Origin: an uncultured Clostridia bacterium | GTDB lineage: Bacteria > Bacillota > Clostridia > Christensenellales > UBA1242 | Length of the DNA stretch: 64,000 nt | Direction: 5' to 3' | Assembly (NCBI GenBank): GCA_944349905.1 | Contig: CALVNR010000003.1 | Coordinates: forward strand, 69,974-133,973 | In this document: in pieces, positions 21,374-34,300 of the stretch | Position numbering within the stretch: the first letter of the stretch is position 1 | Layout: every line of letters starts with the position of its first letter | Position numbers and translations under genes: made by a program | Notes under the pieces: model-generated | Seen by the model: only the letters and a program-made list of their open reading frames with translations | Told to the model about the DNA's origin: nothing | The model's database searches: none

Positions 21374-23326
21374 TTATTTTTTGTTTAATTGTTTTCGTAA
21401 TTTTTGTATCTCATCTCTTAATTGCAGTGCTCTTTCAAAATCAAGAGAATTTGACGCGATTTTCATCATAGCAGTAAGTTTTTCAATTTGAGCAGGTATC
21501 TCACTCTTTTTTAGTTTTCCATTGTCAACTTTTTTACTGATTTCCAAAGTGTTTGTAATACTTTTTATTATTGTTTTCGGTACTATGCCATGTTTTTTAT
21601 TGTATTCTTCTTGCAATTTTCGTCTTTGTGTTGTTACATCAATAGCCCTTTTCATAGAATCTGTAATTGTATCAGCAAACATAACTACTCTTCCATTAGC
21701 GTTTCTAGCTGCCCTTCCAATAGTTTGAATAAGAGCACCTTCACTTCTCAAAAAGCCTTCTTTATCAGCATCTAAAATACAAACAAGTTCTACTTCAGGC
21801 ATATCAAGACCCTCTCTCAATAAATTTATACCTACCAATACGTCAAATTCGCCTGCTCTTAATCCATTGACGGTTTCAACTCTTTCCATAGTATCAATTT
21901 CAGAATGCATATATTTTGTTTTGAAATTGTGCTCCTGTAAATACGCCGTTAAACTTTCAGCCATTTTTTTTGTTAATGTAGTAACTAAAACACGAGCATT
22001 ACGTGAAATTGTTTCCTTTATTTGCAACATTAATTCTTCTATTTGGTTTTTTATAGGTTTAACTTCAATTAAAGGATCTAAAAGTCCAGTTGGTCTGATA
22101 ACTTGCTCTACAACTTGGTCTGAATTTTCAATTTCAAATTTTGAAGGAGTTGCAGAAACAAACAATGTCTGTCCAAGTTTTGAATAAAATTCATCAAATG
22201 TTAAAGGGCGATTGTCTTTTGCCGCTTCCAATCTAAAACCATAATCTATAAGCGATTTTTTTCTTGCCTTATCACCGTTATACATTGCCCTTATTTGTGG
22301 CAAAGTCATATGACTTTCATCTATAATAGTCAAAAAGTTTTTAGAAAAATAATCAATAAGTGTATAAGGTGGTTCTCCCGGTTTTCTTCCATCAAAATAT
22401 CTTGAATAATTCTCTATCCCACTACAATAACCAACTTCTCTCATCATTTCTTCATCATAAGAAACTCTTTGGCCAATTCTTTCAGCCTCGATTGGTTTAT
22501 TTTGCATTTCAAAATCTTTTATCGCTTGCAATCTATCTTCTTCTATTTGACTTAAAGCATCTTCCATTCTTTGTCTACCAACTGCATAGTGAGTTGCAGG
22601 ATAAATCGCAACCATTTTTAACTGATTTATTAAATTGCCAGTCGTAGGGTCAAAATCATAAATTTTGTCAATTTCATCACCAAAAAATTCAACTCTAACA
22701 GCCAACGAAGATTGATTTGAAGGAAAAATATCAACAATATCACCCTTAACTCTAAATGTAGAACGTTTAAAATCAATATCGTTTCTTGTGTATTGAATAT
22801 CAATAAGTTTAGAAATCAAACTATCTCTATCAATGTTGTCACCTTGTCTTAATGTTATATGGAGATTGTAATATTCGTCTGGATTTCCTAATCCATATAT
22901 GCAAGAAACAGATGCAACAACAATAACATCATTTCTCTCTAAAAGTGAAGAAGTAGCACTTGCTCTTAATTTGTCTATTTCTTCGTTAATTGCCATGTCT
23001 TTTTCAATATAAGTATCACTAGAAACTATGTAAGCTTCTGGTTGGTAATAATCATAATATGAAACAAAATATTCAACACGATTGTTTGGAAAAAATTCTC
23101 TAAATTCATTGCAAAGTTGTGCTGCCAAAGTTTTATTGTGTGCAATAACTAATGTTGGTCGTTGTAAGTTTTGTATTATGTTTGCCATTGTAAAAGTCTT
23201 GCCACTTCCAGTAACTCCAAGCAAAACTTGATTTTTTATACCTTCCTTAAAACCTTCTGTAATTTTTTCAATTGCTTCTGGCTGGTCGCCTGCTGGCTTA
23301 TAATTTGAAACCAATTTAAAATCCAT
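21374..23326 (-). CDS. uvrB: Excinuclease ABC subunit B
   Basis: 650 aa. Helicase motif [15 protein letters not shown] box (IIDESHMT), and a C-terminal UVR motif ([13 protein letters not shown]). Confidence 0.95.
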   Translation of the reverse strand: MDFKLVSNYKPAGDQPEAIEKITEGFKEGIKNQVLLGVTGSGKTFTMANIIQNLQRPTLVIAHNKTLAAQLCNEFREFFPNNRVEYFVSYYDYYQPEAYIVSSDTYIEKDMAINEEIDKLRASATSSLLERNDVIVVASVSCIYGLGNPDEYYNLHITLRQGDNIDRDSLISKLIDIQYTRNDIDFKRSTFRVKGDIVDIFPSNQSSLAVRVEFFGDEIDKIYDFDPTTGNLINQLKMVAIYPATHYAVGRQRMEDALSQIEEDRLQAIKDFEMQNKPIEAERIGQRVSYDEEMMREVGYCSGIENYSRYFDGRKPGEPPYTLIDYFSKNFLTIIDESHMTLPQIRAMYNGDKARKKSLIDYGFRLEAAKDNRPLTFDEFYSKLGQTLFVSATPSKFEIENSDQVVEQVIRPTGLLDPLIEVKPIKNQIEELMLQIKETISRNARVLVTTLTKKMAESLTAYLQEHNFKTKYMHSEIDTMERVETVNGLRAGEFDVLVGINLLREGLDMPEVELVCILDADKEGFLRSEGALIQTIGRAARNANGRVVMFADTITDSMKRAIDVTTQRRKLQEEYNKKHGIVPKTIIKSITNTLEISKKVDNGKLKKSEIPAQIEKLTAMMKIASNSLDFERALQLRDEIQKLRKQLNKK

Positions 23327-23337
23327 ATTTTAGTCCT

Positions 23338-23721
23338 TTAACTTTTAAAAATTGCTTTTAAAATAATACCAAAGACAAAACTGACAGTAGCCAAAAATAT
23401 ACTTCGCAAAATAAGCATAAACATAGCTTTTTTTTGTTTTTTAGAATCTGCAACAAAATTTCTGCCTTTGCTTTTTAATGTTATACAATAATAATAACCA
23501 TTTTTACCTTCGGACGCAACAAAATCAAGGTAGTTTTCAAGAGCGAGGTGAGCCATGATTTCATCTATTTCATTTACAGACAGAACAATTTTTGGACTAA
23601 CTGCTTTTGCAATGTCGTATGGCGAAACAAGATGTGCCTTTTTATTATCACACACCTTTGATAAATATCTCAAAATCAACTTTTCTTTTCTCTCTGGCAT
23701 ATATAAATTTTTTATTGACAA
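23338..23721 (-). CDS. Small protein with an N-terminal winged-helix-like domain and a C-terminal TM anchor (paralog A)
   Basis: 120-127 aa (TTG at 23721 or ATG at 23700). Begins LILRYLSKVC...DEIMAHLALENYLDF and ends in the TM segment MFMLILRSIFLATVSFVFGIIL. Same architecture as the divergent neighbour. Confidence 0.55.
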   Translation of the reverse strand: MSIKNLYMPERKEKLILRYLSKVCDNKKAHLVSPYDIAKAVSPKIVLSVNEIDEIMAHLALENYLDFVASEGKNGYYYCITLKSKGRNFVADSKKQKKAMFMLILRSIFLATVSFVFGIILKAIFKS

Positions 23722-23791
23722 ATAATTTATTTTTATCCTTAAAATTAATAAAATTGAATATTTTTAACTATAAATTGCAATAAAATGATAA

Positions 23792-24157
23792 ATGATAGAT
23801 TTACAAAAAAAATTAATATTAAAATTGTTAACAAATCAATGCACTGATGGCTCTTATAAAATTCTTGAAAAAAATGAATTAATCTCTTTATTGCCACAAA
23901 AATATAGAACAACAGAAGATGAACTTAATGTTATAGTACATCTGCTTGAACAAGAAGAATTTATTTCTATAAAATATGAAGATGATAAAGTATTTTGTCT
24001 TTGCACTCTGCCAAAAACGAACAATTTACAAGAAACAAAAGAAAAAGATAAGGAAAAGTTTTCTATTTCTCCTTATCTTTTTTTCATAATTATTTTTGCA
24101 ATATCGTTTTGCTCATCTTTTTTAGCAATCTTAATTGCAAAATTAATTTCATTTTAG
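23792..24157 (+). CDS. Small protein with an N-terminal winged-helix-like domain and a C-terminal TM anchor (paralog B)
   Basis: 121 aa. Begins LILKLLTNQC...LNVIVHLLEQEEFISI and ends in the TM segment LFFIIIFAISFCSSFLAILIAKLI. Confidence 0.55.
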   Translation: MIDLQKKLILKLLTNQCTDGSYKILEKNELISLLPQKYRTTEDELNVIVHLLEQEEFISIKYEDDKVFCLCTLPKTNNLQETKEKDKEKFSISPYLFFIIIFAISFCSSFLAILIAKLISF

Positions 24158-24168
24158 TTTCATCCTAT

Positions 24169-25002
24169 TCAATCAACTTTTTTGATTCTTTCACTTTCCA
24201 TTTGTTGTATCCACTCTAAACTGCTTTTACTTTCTTCAAATGTATTTATCCCTTCTTGCATATAAATTCTTGCAATTTCATGATTTTCAAGACTATAAAT
24301 TCCATCAGTCCCAATAATAAATGAATCCAAAAGTTGGCAATTTGCCATTTCAAGCATACTTTTCAATTTTTTAAATGCATTTTCATCTTGCACTGAGGGT
24401 TTGCATGAACCATTTGGATGATTGTGCGCAATCACAAGAGCATGCGCTTTTGTAGAAGCAAGATATAAAATTAAATCATTTAAAGAAATTCCAACCATAT
24501 TAATAGTTCCACGAGCATACAACTTTGTATTAATGCAAGTTTTGTTTGCACCAATAGCAAGAAAATACAATTCTTCAACAGTTTTAAATCGCAACAAATT
24601 TTCAAGATAATCATAAATATCAGCAAAAGTATCAAATTTAGGATTAACTTTCATTTTATCAAGAGTATAAACCAAATTTATTTCATTTAAAAGATGGAGC
24701 TTTTTAGCTGATGTTTTTCCCATACCTTTAACAGTAACAAGGTCATTAACATCAGCTTCAAGCACAGCAGAGATAGAACCGAAATGGTCAAGGAGTCTAT
24801 GAGCAAGAGGATTAACATCACCACGAGGGAAGATATAGCAAAGGATAGTTTCAAGAGTTTGAATTTTGGACAATCTATCCAAACCATTATCAAAGGCAAG
24901 TTCAAACAATCTTTCCCTATGCCCAGCATGGATGTTTTTATCCACTACTTGTTTCTGTTTATTTAACCTGCTACATTTTGTTGTGATTCTTTCCCCTTGC
25001 AT
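24169..25002 (-). CDS. radC: RadC-family JAB/MPN domain protein
   Basis: HhH region (LVTVKGMGKTSAKKL) and JAMM motif (ALVIAHNHPNGSCKPSVQD). SD AAGGAG. Confidence 0.85.
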   Translation of the reverse strand: MQGERITTKCSRLNKQKQVVDKNIHAGHRERLFELAFDNGLDRLSKIQTLETILCYIFPRGDVNPLAHRLLDHFGSISAVLEADVNDLVTVKGMGKTSAKKLHLLNEINLVYTLDKMKVNPKFDTFADIYDYLENLLRFKTVEELYFLAIGANKTCINTKLYARGTINMVGISLNDLILYLASTKAHALVIAHNHPNGSCKPSVQDENAFKKLKSMLEMANCQLLDSFIIGTDGIYSLENHEIARIYMQEGINTFEESKSSLEWIQQMESERIKKVD

Positions 25003-25338
25003 AAAATTACTCCTTATTATTCAATAATTTTTAGAACCATATTTTTATATTCTTTATTACACCAAACTTCTAATAAAGACTCTGCACCTGCTGTATATTC
25101 TTGTGATTGATCACAATAGATCAAATACATTGTAACTTCATAACATAAATTATTTTTTTAGATTTTATTCTATTCAATTTTGATTTTACATTTATTTAAT
25201 ATTTATCATCATATGAAGTAATAATAATTTTCTTTTTAAACTCAATATTATAAACATTTTCTATATATTTCTAATTGTTTCCTTCTCCAACAGTACTTTT
25301 TATATTACTAACAAAAACTTTAAACTTGTTCTCTCCCC

Positions 25339-28300
25339 CTAGCTAATCGGTTGTGGTGCTTTATGTAAAGGTGTGCCATCAGCCATTAACCATAAATAAC
25401 TAAACTTATTAACAAATTGATTTAATACTTCATCTCTTGCAGCATAATCTATTCTTGCAGTGTCGTCAATTTCACCTAAATTGTAATCTAATATGTTTCC
25501 TCCTGATTGGTGTCTATTTGCAAAGATAAAGAAATAATAAGTATTTTGAATTGTAGGAGTACACACAACTGTTCTAACATCTTTATAAGTAACTCCCATA
25601 GGTGAGGTCCATTTTCCACCCCATGCTTCTCCAGTGGTCCAAATATCGCCTATTGAATAATCATTCCAATTTTTTTCAATCAGTCCTCCATTATTTCCCA
25701 CTATAGAATCAATAATTTTTAAGTTTGTTTTATTCATTTCTGTTCCATCCTCTGTCAAAAGCTTACCTACTTTTCCTCCATAACTTGCCCCAGTAAGACT
25801 ACTTCCTTGTGTATAATTTCCATTAAATCCATCACCTGTTTTTAACATACTATTAGTCATATCTGCTTTGCTATTTATAGTAATAGAATTGCCATCTTTA
25901 TCCGAATTATTCCCATTTGAAGCAATTATCAAACCATAATAATTAAAATTATTATTGATAATAATATTTCCTTGCTTGCCAGAATAGAAAATTTTTAATT
26001 GATAATTTTCATCAAGTAAACTATACTCAGATGTATTATTTTCTATAGAATGCAGTACTGCAAAAATATTTACATTTTTTCCGTTTGTTGTGCTAAGACC
26101 TAGAAAATCTGATTTTTCAGTATTTTGTTTATAACGAATAAGATCAATTGTGCTTATAGAATATGTTGTTGAATTATAATTCAAAATTGAACCAAAAATA
26201 TTGATTCCTACCAAAATAGGAGAAGACTCTTGCGATAATAAAGTTGCACTGTTTGTTGTTCCTGCTATATTCATTTCTTTAAGAAATTTATCATTCTCAA
26301 TTTCATTAAATATAGCTTGTGTATTTTCGTTCCCAGTGATTATCACAGAATAACCATTACCACTAATATTATAATCTATTTTCAATTTTTTTGCGGTTGT
26401 AATAAAAATATCATTTAACATTATAATATCATATTTCGCAGATTCCACATGTGAACCTGTTACCGATGATGTATTTTCCCATGACGTACTACATGTCTTT
26501 ATTTCTTTAAGCTCAAATTCTGAATAATTTTTAAAAATTGTAACAATTTTTGGGTCACTTTCATTATCTTTTCGGAAAATTTTATCCCACTCTAAATTAC
26601 TATTATTTACATAAAAATCGCTATTAATATTATTTGATGACAAATATTCTCCTTCATAGTAATAATTTAAGTCTCCCTGTATACTCAAATTTAAGTCTGT
26701 GCTGTCAGTTATTTCTGGATTTGTTTTGTAAATTTTTAAAATATTATCCCAACTATTAACATTTAAATATAAATAAAAATTATCAGCAAAACTACTTATA
26801 TTAAAATTTGATTTATAACTATCATTAAATTCAATTGCATTTTCAGAAGTTATTTCATACAAACTTGAATTCTCCCAATCAATTATTAATTGATTCTCTT
26901 CTGAAAATTTTATTACAAGATTCAAATTATATAATATAGTTTCGTTTTCATAAACAATTTCAATTCTGTCATCCGATATTATTGGGTCCGATATTGTAGT
27001 ATGAACTTTAAAATCAGAAATATTAGATAAATTTATAGTTGCTTTTGCATCTAAAACACCAACAATTTCTTGGTTTTGTGAATCTTTGTAAGAATAAACA
27101 ACAGCAAAATTATTATTATTTGTAATGCTAACAGTGTCTACTGTGTTATAAGTTGCTGTAGCAGTTGAAGTAACACCATTGATAAATAAATCTCTATTGT
27201 AGTATAATAAATCATTGTTTTCTCCACCATTCAATTGATGTGAATAGTTTTTGCTTATAGCATAATTAGAATATGTTGTGATATATGTAATGTTATTTTT
27301 TGTTTTTGAAACTTTTGTATTCAAATCAAATTGGAAATTTGGATCATATACAATATTCGCTGAATCTGAATTAATTATTTCCCCCTTTAATTGAAAATAA
27401 TAATTAACCATCTTAGAAGAAAAATATTCAGCCGTATTACTTTTTAAAGTAATAACAAATGAAGTTGCATTTTCATCTTCTCCAAACTTTTTTACATTTT
27501 CAATCAAAAAATTAGAATATACAAAATCGCCATTAAAATAAGCAAAATATGGAGCTTTCAAAAGTGTCGTATCCAAAAGCGAGAATCTTTCAATATCTTT
27601 CGAAATAGATATAAGCATTGTGTTTTCAGTGTTTAAAATACCTATTATCGCATCTTGACTACCATTGTAATAGTAATTGTATGATGTTATCATCTCACTG
27701 CCTTCTTTTGTAAAATCACTAAAAGTGATCTCATGCCCATAGTAGCTCGATGATTTTGTTATTTCATTTTTCGCTGAATAAGCAACATTAGTTTCATTAT
27801 TAAATGTTAATGCAACACTTGCAGTTTCTTCTCTACTAGCAGTAAATGATTTTGGCATTGATAAGATAAAATCATAAACAGAAGTAGCTTGGTTTTTGAT
27901 ATTAACTTGTTCATTATTGTAGTTTGCATTAAAGTAATACATCAATTGATGATTAGTTGTATCATAAACAAAATAATAATAATTACTGCCAGATGCGAAT
28001 TTAATAATATTATCATAAGTATTTTCGCCAACCTGTAATTTCCCATCTTCTTTGTAAGATTGTAAAATGGAAGATTCTAGATTTGTTTGATTCTCTTCGC
28101 CTAATATTACATTATCCAGGTCAATGGCAAAACTGTCCTCATCTATGTAAATATATGGACTTTCTTTTATTTCTACAAAATTTACTGCCTGTTCATTTCT
28201 ATAATTTATAGTGGCAGTTAATGTAGGGCTGTCAAGTTCTACATTTGAAATATAAGTTAAAGTAACTGTTACAGCGTTATCCCCATTTTTTTGTACATCT

Positions 28301-31300
28301 ATATCAATTTTATCTTCAATATTAGAAATATTATTTTCTCCATATTTTATTGTTGCTCCCTCTGTGATATTATAATTTTCTATATTTGTATCTTCTAAAC
28401 CGTCAATTGTTGTTGTCCATGAATACTCAAAAGTTGAAGAATCAAATGCTGCACTATATTTATCAGCTAAATAATAACTTGTATTGTTTATTTTTACAGT
28501 AAGGATATCATCTTCATTGCTATTTGATGGAGAAAAGTCATTTTTGCTTAATGATAAGTCGTCTTTTCTTGCTACTTCTAGACCGGTGTTAATTTTTTCT
28601 AAAACAGCTTCCTCTAACGATAAATTGCTATCCGTTTTATCATATAAGAACAAATCAAATGCACTTTTTGCATTAGCATTTTTTCCGTAAGTTCTTATTA
28701 TATAATCATATTCCCAAAAAGGTGACTCTTCATATGTATTCGTAATTATTGCTGAAAAAATATTTAATTTTTGGTAATCTGCAAAAACAACTGGTATTCC
28801 TAAATAATTAGATTGTAATATGCAAAAATATCCTGTGTCATCTTTTTTTATAGCTTGTTCTGTAACTTCTGGTCTAATCTTCAATACCATTTCGTATTCT
28901 GTCCCTGCGATTGCTCCGACACCATCATATACTTTCTTCCAGTATTTTAACTCCCAATAATTTCCTGTTGTAGTTGGATCATAGTATTGCAATAATTCTG
29001 ATTCATAGTTTTTAATGTACACTTCTTGATTATTTTGATAATTTAATTCATAATATACTGTACCTTTTTTACATGCTCCTCCGTTTCTCACAACTTCTAC
29101 ATTTTCGTTATAATTTACATTATTTGCATTTATATTAGAAATGTAATTAGCAGAAACGTTCGGTTTACTCTCCTGAACAACCTGTATTTTCAAATCGTCA
29201 ATATTTTCAATTGCAGGAATCGTGCCTAATTTTGGATCATATGTGTATGTTATGTTCTTATAAATTTTTTCATCTACACGATTAATGTTTTCTATCTTAA
29301 ATTTAATTTCTGGATTTTCGCCTAATGCTTCAATAGGCCCTTCATTGTAACAATCTGAAATTTTATAAGTATTATTATTTAGCTCCACAGATTTTGCAAC
29401 TATACCAGCAGCATAAGACATTGAAGTGTTATTTTTATTTCCTGCTTTTATCATACCAGCATTGTAGCAGTTTGATACAGTCATAGATGATGATTGATTG
29501 TATCCAACAATTCCACCTGCATAATAACCATTATCTTCTGAATCCTCTGTATTTGTATAACCACTCAAAACTGAACTACCATTAAAGCAATAGTCTATAA
29601 TTGTAGTTGAACCACTGGCAATTTGTCCAACTATACCACCTGCTGCATTCCCAGTTGTGTTTAATGGGCCATAGTTTGAACAGAAATTAATATTTACTTC
29701 ACCACTAACACTTCCTGCAATAGCACCTATATTTCCAGTTGAATCTATTTTAACCATACTTGTAACAGTATCAATACTTGTAACAGTATCAATATTGCCA
29801 CCAGTTATGGTATTTGCAAGAGCACCTGCATGCTCTACATATTTTTCTATATTGATTGTGCCTTCAAGGGTCATATTAGATACTGTTCCATTAGAAATTT
29901 CATTTGCAAGTGCAGCAGTAGAAGAAGATATTTCAGTTAATCTCAAATTTCTTACTGTTCCAGAAAGAGTTTTAAACAAACTAGTATTAAGACCAACAAT
30001 TGTTTTGTCTTGTCCATCTAATTCTACACCAGCAAATCCTAATTCTTTCTCATTTTTGTCTTTTTGTGACAAAGATACCCATTCGTTGTTATATTCAGTA
30101 TTAGACAAATCTATATCATACATCAAGACAAAATTGTTTGCTGTAATATCTGTAATTTTTGCTAAAATTCCAGCATTTGGAATCATATATGAATAACCTT
30201 TGGTAGATGAAGGTACTTCTCCATTTAAAACCTTTGTGTAAGTATATGTTGTTATACAGTCATCGTAAGTAATTGGTTTCTCTTTTGCAGTGCTATCCCC
30301 TGAATTTCTTTCAGCCCAAGAAGATTGTTTTAAGTAAACAAAACCTCTTGTTGGATATCCATAATTGAAATCAATATCTTTTACCCAATTGTTATATTTA
30401 AATAAACTTCCACCTTCTAAAAATTCACTTGTGTTTGTATCTGTTAAGCCGTTATAATTTACACCATTAGTATCAAAATATGAATTTGTCGTTGATGCTC
30501 CACTGAACACACCTATTGTGCCACTTGGAGAAGTGTTTTCACTTGTATAGTCATTCCAATCAAGTTTTGCAATAGTATATGAATTTGATATATTCAAACT
30601 TGTTGTTCCACTAGCGAAGGCATACATATTTGCATCAATGTAAGTTACAACAGAGCCTGTTGCATAAGTGTAATCAATATAAGCATTATTACCATTTGCA
30701 TAATTTGCAATTGCAGAAATTGTTCCGCCATCAGCAGCACGATAAATCATATCAAGGTTTGTATAACTTTCAGCAATAAGTCCACCAGTCATTTGGCCTA
30801 CAATACCACCCATGCTGATGCTAGCAGTTCCCCCTATTGACATTGAGCCATTGACACCAACACCATAAATAATGCTGTTTTTACTCATTTGATCTACAAG
30901 GCCACCAACATTATTAGTAGCACTATCTGATGACATATTTATAATAAGATTTACACCTGATATTGAACTATAACCTGAAATTGAACTTACAACTGCTTTT
31001 TCAATAATATTAGAATTTGATGTTAAATCAATATCTACAAAGTTGCCTACAATAGCAACATTAGTTAAAGTCTCTAAATTAGAAGCGTTTAATAAAACAT
31101 CTGCTGTGTAATATTTAATATCATAGTCAAATTCGTTTCCATCTGTCTTTCCTTCTGTTAGATATTCCGAAGATGGATTAAGTTTGCTTATGTTGTCATG
31201 CCAGTTTTTATTTTCTGTTTCTTTGAGCCATGTCGCAAATTCTGATAAAGATTGATTCAAACCTTTTATTTTACCAATAATAAAAATACCAGTTTCTTCA

Positions 31301-34300
31301 TTTTCATCTTTGCTGTAACCTTTGTCGCTACTTGAATTGTAACCTATATCAGTTTCTTCATTTTCATCTTTGCTGTAACCTTTGATGCTATTTGCATTGT
31401 AACCTATATCAGTTGCTTGAGTGTCAAATGCAAGGCAAACTGCTGAATTATAGTAAACATTATCTCCTTTTATACTTCCACCACCAATAATAGCATTGGT
31501 TGTTGAACTTCCACTTGAAGCTAATCTTGCGTTGTGATTTGTAACTGCACTATAACAATTTGATAACACTGCTTTATTGTTACCATTAATATTTCCAATA
31601 ATACCACCAAAATAGTAATTTGACAAAGTATTGTCCTTGTTTTTGTAATCTATAAATACATCGCCATAATTATAGGCATAATTAATATTAAATTGTGTGG
31701 TCTTTTCCGCATTAATGTAACCTACTGTACCACCAGCATAAACATTGTTAGAATTTGGAGTTTCAACAATTATTTTTCCACCAAAAACAGTATTGCTTAT
31801 AGTAAAATTGCTTCCATTAACATAACCAAATATACCACCTGCAAAAATGCTATTTTTTGAGTTTGAAGATAATTCAAATTTAATATTTCCTGTGTAAGCG
31901 CTAGATGAAGTCAAATTAGCACTTTCGTCATTGGCGTAACTATAATAACCTACCAATCCACCTACATGATAAGGACTTGTATTGCCTGTTGATCTAGTAG
32001 AAGATTGTGGATTTAAAATGGTAATATCCAAATCTGATAATATATATCCGTTTGTATTTTCACTTGAAATCAAACCAGAACTATATCCAACTGCAGAACC
32101 AACCTTAATAGGAGTATTTTCTCCAACAGTGAGATTTATTCCATTATTATTGTGATTTCCTATTTTAACAGAATTGATAGAAGTTTTGCTTTCATTATGA
32201 CCAATAAGACCACCGATTGCTTGCTCTCTATTTTCTGAGGTCAAAGAAATTTTTTTACCTATATTTACGCCTACATTAAAGTTTGAAATTGAAGTTTGTT
32301 TCTTTGAATATCCAATAATACCACCAATATTTGCTTTTACAATTTCAATATTGTTGGTTTCATCAGATTTTACCGTAACATTTATACTTCCATTTGTTGA
32401 AGCATACTCATTGTATGCATTTAGTGATATTTCACTTCCATCAGTTAAGTTTCCAAATATTCCGCCGATGTTTGCATTTTTACAATTCTCATTTAAAACA
32501 ATACTGATATTTGAATTTAAAGTGCTAGAAGAACCAACTGAAAAATTATTTAAATTTGATGAACTACCAACATAGCCACCTGCATTTAATCCTTTTTTTG
32601 CATATACAGACATTGAGGCATTTTCAATAGTGTTAATTTCGAGTCTAAAATCAGATTTTGGTCTACCATTTTCGTTTGGGCTTTCTTTCTCTATTAATCC
32701 AAAATATAAACCAACATTTGCGTTATTAATTCTGTTTTTAGTATTTTCATCAAAAGAAATTAAGTTTTGTGTATCTTCCGGTGTGCTAATAAACACATTT
32801 CTAACATACATAACAGAAGTTTCACTATCCTGTATCGCCTGACCTGAAATAAGTCCTACATTAACATTAACGTCTTCATTAATATTTTCTTTAAAATCAT
32901 CACTAAATCTTACAGTTAAAGCATTTCCTGGTACTTCTGCTGTGTCTATATACAAAGAATTGATTTGAGTTGAATACAAACTTGGAGCTATTAAACCAGC
33001 ATTTAAACTATTTTCTGTAATATTGAAAGTAACACCTGATTCAAGATAAATTTTTAATCCATCAATGCTAGCACCTTCAATAGTAGATACTGAAATAATA
33101 CCGCCATTAATAGCTGTAGTAGAGTCATACTTAATATGCGTGTTTGTAATAGAGAAACCAGGGGAAGTAGATTTGAGTAAAGAATTGTTCAAAATCAATC
33201 TTACTTGTCTTGATTGATTATTTTCATTCACTTGATATTCATTACTGCTAATAATTGAACCGCCAAATCCTGCAATTTCATAGTTTGAAAGATATGGAGT
33301 TAAATCTATATCGGCGTATTCATTTTCAGAATTTTCTTTTAATCCCCTAACGATAACAGTAATAGTAGGGTTTTGTCTCATAGCAGTTAAAACCCTTGTT
33401 ATACTTGAAGCATAACTATCTAAATAAATTATTGATGGGTCTGCAAGAGAGTATTTTATTTCAGGGAAAATCCTATCTGCTGCATGTGCCCAATTTTCAA
33501 CTGACCATACTCCACTATTTAGAAAAACTTTTTGTGTAGCTTGATAGCCAATAGTTCCACTTGTGTAAGTATAAATTCCTTCAACCATATAAGTGGAATC
33601 ATCAGCTGAATCAGTAGAAGAGCTATTTTTCCAATCTTTGTATAAGTTAATGTTAACAGTTCCGTTATTTCCAAATTTATAGTCTTGAACATAACCAACA
33701 GAAGCAACTGCTTTTGCCGCTTCTTCACCAGTAGCACCTTCTTTTCTAGCAGTCCAGAAACTAACAGAAGTTGGTAAGTCTACATCTGTTCCAGCACCAC
33801 CGACAAATTGATATACTTTATTGCCTATTTCTGTGTCAGAATATTTTTCTCCTGTATCATAATTTATATTTGTAAAGAAATTTATAGCATTTGAAGCAAG
33901 AAAAGCGATTCTGTCGTTGCTGTTTGAAATAGTTCCAATCATACCACCACTATTTTTGCTTTCGCCGTTTTTTGATGCTCTTACATCACCAACTGAATAA
34001 ACTTCATTTAACAAAAATCTTGTATATTGACCAACAGCAACTTTGTTGTTGTCTACCAAATAACTTCTTGTATAACGAAGATCTGTTTGTCCAATAATTC
34101 CACCAGCACTATCAACAGTTGTTGAAATAACATTTAATTTTGAATAACCTATTTCCAAAAGTCCAGAGCCAACATAACCAATAAGACCACCAATAGCTTT
34201 TTGATCGTATTTTCTCAAATCTGAATCTTCTGGCATAAACAAATCTAAAATTCCTCTTTCAACATCTTTGTTTTCAAGATAGTACAAAGCAATATAATCT

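Noticed and set aside
25101-25116. Palindrome TTGTGAT-TG-ATCACAA upstream of radC, resembling a CRP/FNR half-site pair
   Set aside because: The TGTGA and TCACA halves are 4 nt apart rather than the 6 nt of the CRP consensus. It occurs only once, so the evidence is insufficient to call a regulator site.
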